Shown piece by piece: positions 59,459 to 64,000 of a stretch of DNA of 64,000 nucleotides. The stretch spans positions 39,990,001-40,054,000 of the forward strand of contig OZ024756.1 of assembly GCA_964016885.1 (NCBI GenBank), in the 5' to 3' direction. Position 1 is the stretch's first letter, and every line of letters begins with the position of its first letter. The stretch comes from Eledone cirrhosa (taxonomy: Eukaryota). The notes under the pieces are model-generated. The model saw only the letters and a program-made list of their open reading frames with translations, was not told the origin of the DNA and did no database searches. The translations under genes and the position numbers were made by a program.

Positions 59459-61486
59459 GCCAAATAACTTCTACCATAGTTATGGGTTGGCCAAAAGCTT
59501 CTACCATAGTTATGGGTTGGCCAAATAACTTCTACCATAGTTATGGGTTGGCCAAAAGCTTCTACCATAGTTATGGGTTGGCCAAATAACTTCTACCATA
59601 GTTATGGGTTGGCCAAAAGCTTCTACCATAGTTATGGGTTGGCCAAAAGCTTCTACCATAGTTATGGGTTGGCCAAAAGCTTCTACCATAGTTATGGGTT
59701 GGCCAAATAACTTCTACCATAGTTATGGGTTGGCCAAAAGCTTCTACCATAGTTATGGGTTGGCCAAATAACTTCTACCATAGTTATGGGTTGGCCAAAA
59801 GCTTCTACCATAGTTATGGGTTGGCCAAAAGCTTCTACCATAGTTATGGGTTGGCCAAAAGCTTCTACCATAGTTATGGGTTGGCCAAATAACTTCTACC
59901 ATAGTTATGGGTTGGCCAAAAGCTTCTACCATAGTTATGGGTTGGCCAAATAACTTCTTCCATAGTTATGGGTTGGCCAAAAGCTTCTACCATAGTTATG
60001 GGTTGGCCAAATAACTTCTACCATAGTTATGGGTTGGCCAAATAACTTCTACCATAGTTATGGGTTGGCCAAAAGCTTCTACCATAGTTATGGGTTGGCC
60101 AAATAACTTCTACCATAGTTATGGGTTGGCCAAAAGCTTCTACCATAGTTATGGGTTGGCCAAATAACTTCTACCATAGTTATGGGTTGGCCAAAAGCTT
60201 CTACCATAGTTATGGGTTGGCCAAATAACTTCTACCATAGTTATGGGTTGGCCAAATAACTTCTACCATAGTTATGGGTTGGCCAAATAACTTCTACCAT
60301 AGTTATGGGTTGGCCAAATAACTTCTACCATAGTTATGGGTTGGCCAAAAGCTTCTACCATAGTTATGGGTTGGCCAAAAGCTTCTACCATAGTTATGGG
60401 TTGGCCAAAAGCTTCTACCATAGTTATGGGTTGGCCAAAAGCTTCTACCATAGTTATGGGTTGGCCAAAAGCTTCTACCATAGTTATGGGTTGGCCAAAA
60501 GCTTCTACCATAGTTATGGGTTGGCCAAATAACTTCTACCATAGTTATGGGTTGGCCAAATAACTTCTACCATAGTTATGGGTTGGCCAAAAGCTTCTAC
60601 CATAGTTATGGGTTGGCCAAATAACTTCTACCATAGTTATGGGTTGGCCAAAAGCTTCTACCATAGTTATGGGTTGGCCAAATAACTTCTACCATAGTTA
60701 TGGGTTGGCCAAAAGCTTCTACCATAGTTATGGGTTGGCCAAATAACTTCTACCATAGTTATGGGTTGGCCAAATAACTTCTACCATAGTTATGGGTTGG
60801 CCAAAAGCTTCTACCATAGTTATGGGTTGGCCAAATAACTTCTACCATAGTTATGGGTTGGCCAAAAGCTTCTACCATAGTTATGGGTTGGCCAAATAAC
60901 TTCTACCATAGTTATGGGTTGGCCAAAAGCTTCTACCATAGTTATGGGTTGGCCAAATAACTTCTACCATAGTTATGGGTTGGCCAAATAACTTCTTCCA
61001 TAGTTATGGGTTGGCCAAATAACTTCTACCATAGTTATGGGTTGGCCAAATAACTTCTTCCATAGTTATGGGTTGGCCAAAAGCTTCTACCATAGTTATG
61101 GGTTGGCCAAATAACTTCTACCATAGTTATGGGTTGGCCAAAAGCTTCTACCATAGTTATGGGTTGGCCAAATAACTTCTACCATAGTTATGGGTTGGCC
61201 AAATAACTTCTACCATAGTTATGGGTTGGCCAAATAACTTCTTCCATAGTTATGGGTTGGCCAAAAGCTTCTACCATAGTTATGGGTTGGCCAAATAACT
61301 TCTACCATAGTTATGGGTTGGCCAAAAGCTTCTACCATAGTTATGGGTTGGCCAAATAACTTCTACCATAGTTATGGGTTGGCCAAAAGCTTCTACCATA
61401 GTTATGGGTTGGCCAAATAACTTCTACCATAGTTATGGGTTGGCCAAAAGCTTCTACCATAGTTATGGGTTGGCCAAATAACTTCT
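59459..61486. repeat. Minisatellite in RECQL5 intron 1, 30/31-bp units, ~66 copies
   Basis: Unit TTCTACCATAGTTATGGGTTGGCCAAA followed by AGC (30 bp) or TAAC (31 bp). Confidence 0.98.
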
Positions 61487-61773
61487 GGGGGGAATTGAAG
61501 TGAGGTTTTATGAGTTTGTGAAAAAATGTCTAACAAGACAAATGCTAACAATTCTGGTTGAATATATACAGTGTAGGATTTAGGACAAATGAGGCCCTGT
61601 GCTAGTTCAGTTATGAGGTCGCTTACTTGGGCCCTGAAGGAGGTAAATAATTGTGGAGGGGCAGGAAGATGTATCCATGTCAAAGACTTGATAATCTCTC
61701 TACTTCTGGTGCTATAATAAAATGTTTGTTAGAACTAATTTTTTTGTTTTTTTTTTGTTTTTGTATGTTCCAG

Positions 61774-62538
61774 GAAAACAAGATGTCTTTATTTCGATGC
61801 CAACAGGATCTGGCAAATCCCTGTGTTTCCAGTTACCTGGTATGTACAAACCTGGGGTTTCTGTGGTGGTTTCACCACTATTGGCTCTTATTGAGGATCA
61901 GATTGACCATTTACGCAACTTAGGAATCCGTGCTGTGACTATCAACTCAAAACAGACGATGACGGTGAGAAACCGGATCACATCAGACCTGAACCGACCA
62001 AAACCAAAGACTCGCTTCCTGTATATCACACCTGAACAAGCTTCCACAGCATTTCTACAGCAACATCTCTATAGTCTGAACCATGCTAACCTCTTGAACT
62101 ACTTCATTGTAGATGAGGCTCATTGTGTATCACAGTGGGGTCATGATTTTCGGCCAGATTACCTTAAACTTGGCCAGTTAAGGGCCAGTAAACTCCCCAA
62201 TGTTCCCTGTATTGCGCTGACTGCTACTGCAACTGCACAGGTAACAAAGGATATTGCAAAATCTCTCGCCCTTCGCAAACCTTACGCATCTTTCAAAACT
62301 AGTTGTTTCCGCCCAAATTTATTCTACGAAGTTAGAATGAAAGAAACTCTAGATGATCCATTCAAAGACATTCTAGATTATGTGTGTGAAAAACTTGGTG
62401 AACCACCTGACAACAAAGACTGGAATGAGAATGGAGCTGGCATCATATATTGTCGTACAAGAGACACGTGTGATGAACTAGCTATCCGATTTCAAAAGTA
62501 TGGAATACCTACTAAATCTTACCATGCTGGACTTCGAG
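61774..62538 (+). CDS. RECQL5: RecQ5 helicase, coding exon 2 (helicase motifs I-IV)
   Basis: Polypyrimidine tract + cag acceptor; MPTGSGKS Walker [36 protein letters not shown]; phase-1 donor G|gtaact. Confidence 0.96.
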
Positions 62539-62914
62539 GTAACTTTCTACTTTAAATCTTTCATTACTCACTTTCCACTATTTAAATATACTACCTTTCT
62601 CTATTATACTATTTTTATACTTCTTAATTAATAAATTAATTTTTTTACACTACCTTCTATCATAGTTGGAATAATTTTTTGTTTCAGTTGAGGAGCCAGC
62701 AACTTAACCTCACAATAGGCTGTAATTTGAGGAAGATTTGGCTGCTATTTTTAATGATTTTGCCAAGAGATAGGGATAATGTCCATGATTGCTGAACCTC
62801 ACACATTGTTGAGATTATTTGGTGAATGTATTGTTAAAATATTTGTCAGTTGAAATGTTTGACATAGTTGCTCAGACTCAATGTTTCTGATCTGAATTTA
62901 TATTTATATTTCAG

Positions 62915-64000
62915 AGGTTGATCGACTACAGATCCAGATTGACTGGATGGAAGGACGCATTCCTCTAATTACAGCTACCATCAGTTTTGGTATGGGTATT
63001 GATAAACATAATGTCCGTATTGTTGTTCACTGGACTCTACCAAAGACTATGTCTGGATATTACCAAGAGTCTGGTCGAGCTGGCCGAGATGGGGAGCCTT
63101 CCCATTGTTGCCTCTACTATTCTCGCCGTGACCGAGATGCAATATCTTTCCTCCTGAAGCAGGAAGCTAATAAGAAGAAATTCCAAAACCGAGAGAATTG
63201 TTTGAGAAAGTCAGCAGAGACAAATTTTGAGATAATGGTGAAGTACTGTGAACTACCTCGTTGTCGGCACCGTGTTATAGCAGAGTATTTTGGTGATGAG
63301 AAACCAAGCTGCCAGAAACATTGTGATTATTGCAAAAATCCCAGACATGCAGACAACCAAGTGCAGAACCTTCTTCAAGGAAGTTATGGTAGATGGTGCC
63401 GAACTGAATATGGAAGTACCAGAATGGCTGAGGAACCAACAGAACCAGACACAGAGCTTTATGGTGGAGGACGGCTTGGTCAGAAGCAGGATTTTAAATC
63501 TTATTGTGGGGACGAGAGTGGAGAGGATTCTGAAAATGAGGATGATAGAAACGTAAGTCAACGCAAGAATTTTATATTGACCGAATTAAAGAAACGTAAA
63601 ACAATTCCATTTAATGAAGAGGAGGAAGAAGATGATGCACCAGTAATTCCAGCCAACTGCCCACTCCGAGATCCTTCAAGTCAGAGAATTCCAAGGCTAA
63701 ACTTTCAAATCCGAATGTATTGTTTTGAGAAATTAAAATCTGCATTGACCAACAACTTTAATGAGTATTTTGCAGATATCCCTCGAAAATTAAGAGATGG
63801 GGAATTTCAAGTTCCAATTTGTTGTGCAGATCTGGAATATGAACTGTTCAAGGCCAGCAAATTTTCCAATATTTATAAAGCTGCTGTATTTAAAAAAGAA
63901 CTTGAAATAAAGAAACTTACTGAAGGTAAAAACCTTCATTCAAGTTTAAAACCTCTTTGGGCCCCAGATTCTAGTGGGATTAGCTCAGATGAAGAGAGCA
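62915..64000 (+). CDS. RECQL5: RecQ5 helicase, coding exon 3 (motifs V-VI, Zn-binding domain, RecQ5-specific region); runs off the window
   Basis: tttcag acceptor, in frame (G|AG = E); ATISFGMGIDK, YYQESGRAGRDG, CRH...YFGD...C...CDYC, then LYGGGR and SKFSNIYKAAV resembling the RECQL5 IRI/KIX region. No stop to window end; this frame is absent from the ORF track. Confidence 0.93.

Noticed and set aside
59459-61486. CRISPR-like 30-bp array or repeat-protein ORFs
   Set aside because: Head-to-tail units without spacers, inside an intron.
63253-63561. ORFs 63253-63561(-) and 63290-63556(+)
   Set aside because: Shadow frames of RECQL5 exon 3.

Overview
AT-rich, microsatellite-dominated animal genomic DNA. 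The SINE types and (TA)n density suggest a cephalopod (Octopus-like); this is inferred, not verified. The only clear gene is the 5' part of RECQL5 (+ strand, three coding exons at 57529-57628, 61774-62538 and 62915 to beyond the window end), with a ~2 kb two-variant minisatellite in intron 1. The rest holds tRNA-derived SINEs, RTE and CRE-like LINE fragments, mariner/hAT-like MITEs, minisatellites and a 200-N gap. The most notable signal is a set of short non-coding elements sitting in (TA)n tracts as fold-back hairpins or tail-to-tail inverted pairs. Several carry type I hammerhead ribozyme folds with a minimal stem III. Family A has 7 cores with a covarying stem II and a conserved C.C mismatch. 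Other families show fixed 5' ends, and one hairpin apex falls at the predicted cleavage site. This fits Penelope-like/retrozyme-type ribozyme retroelements. A decayed MORN+VPS9 (alsin-like) gene may lie at ~9.4-15.2 kb. Nearly all long ORFs in the supplied track are repeat artefacts.
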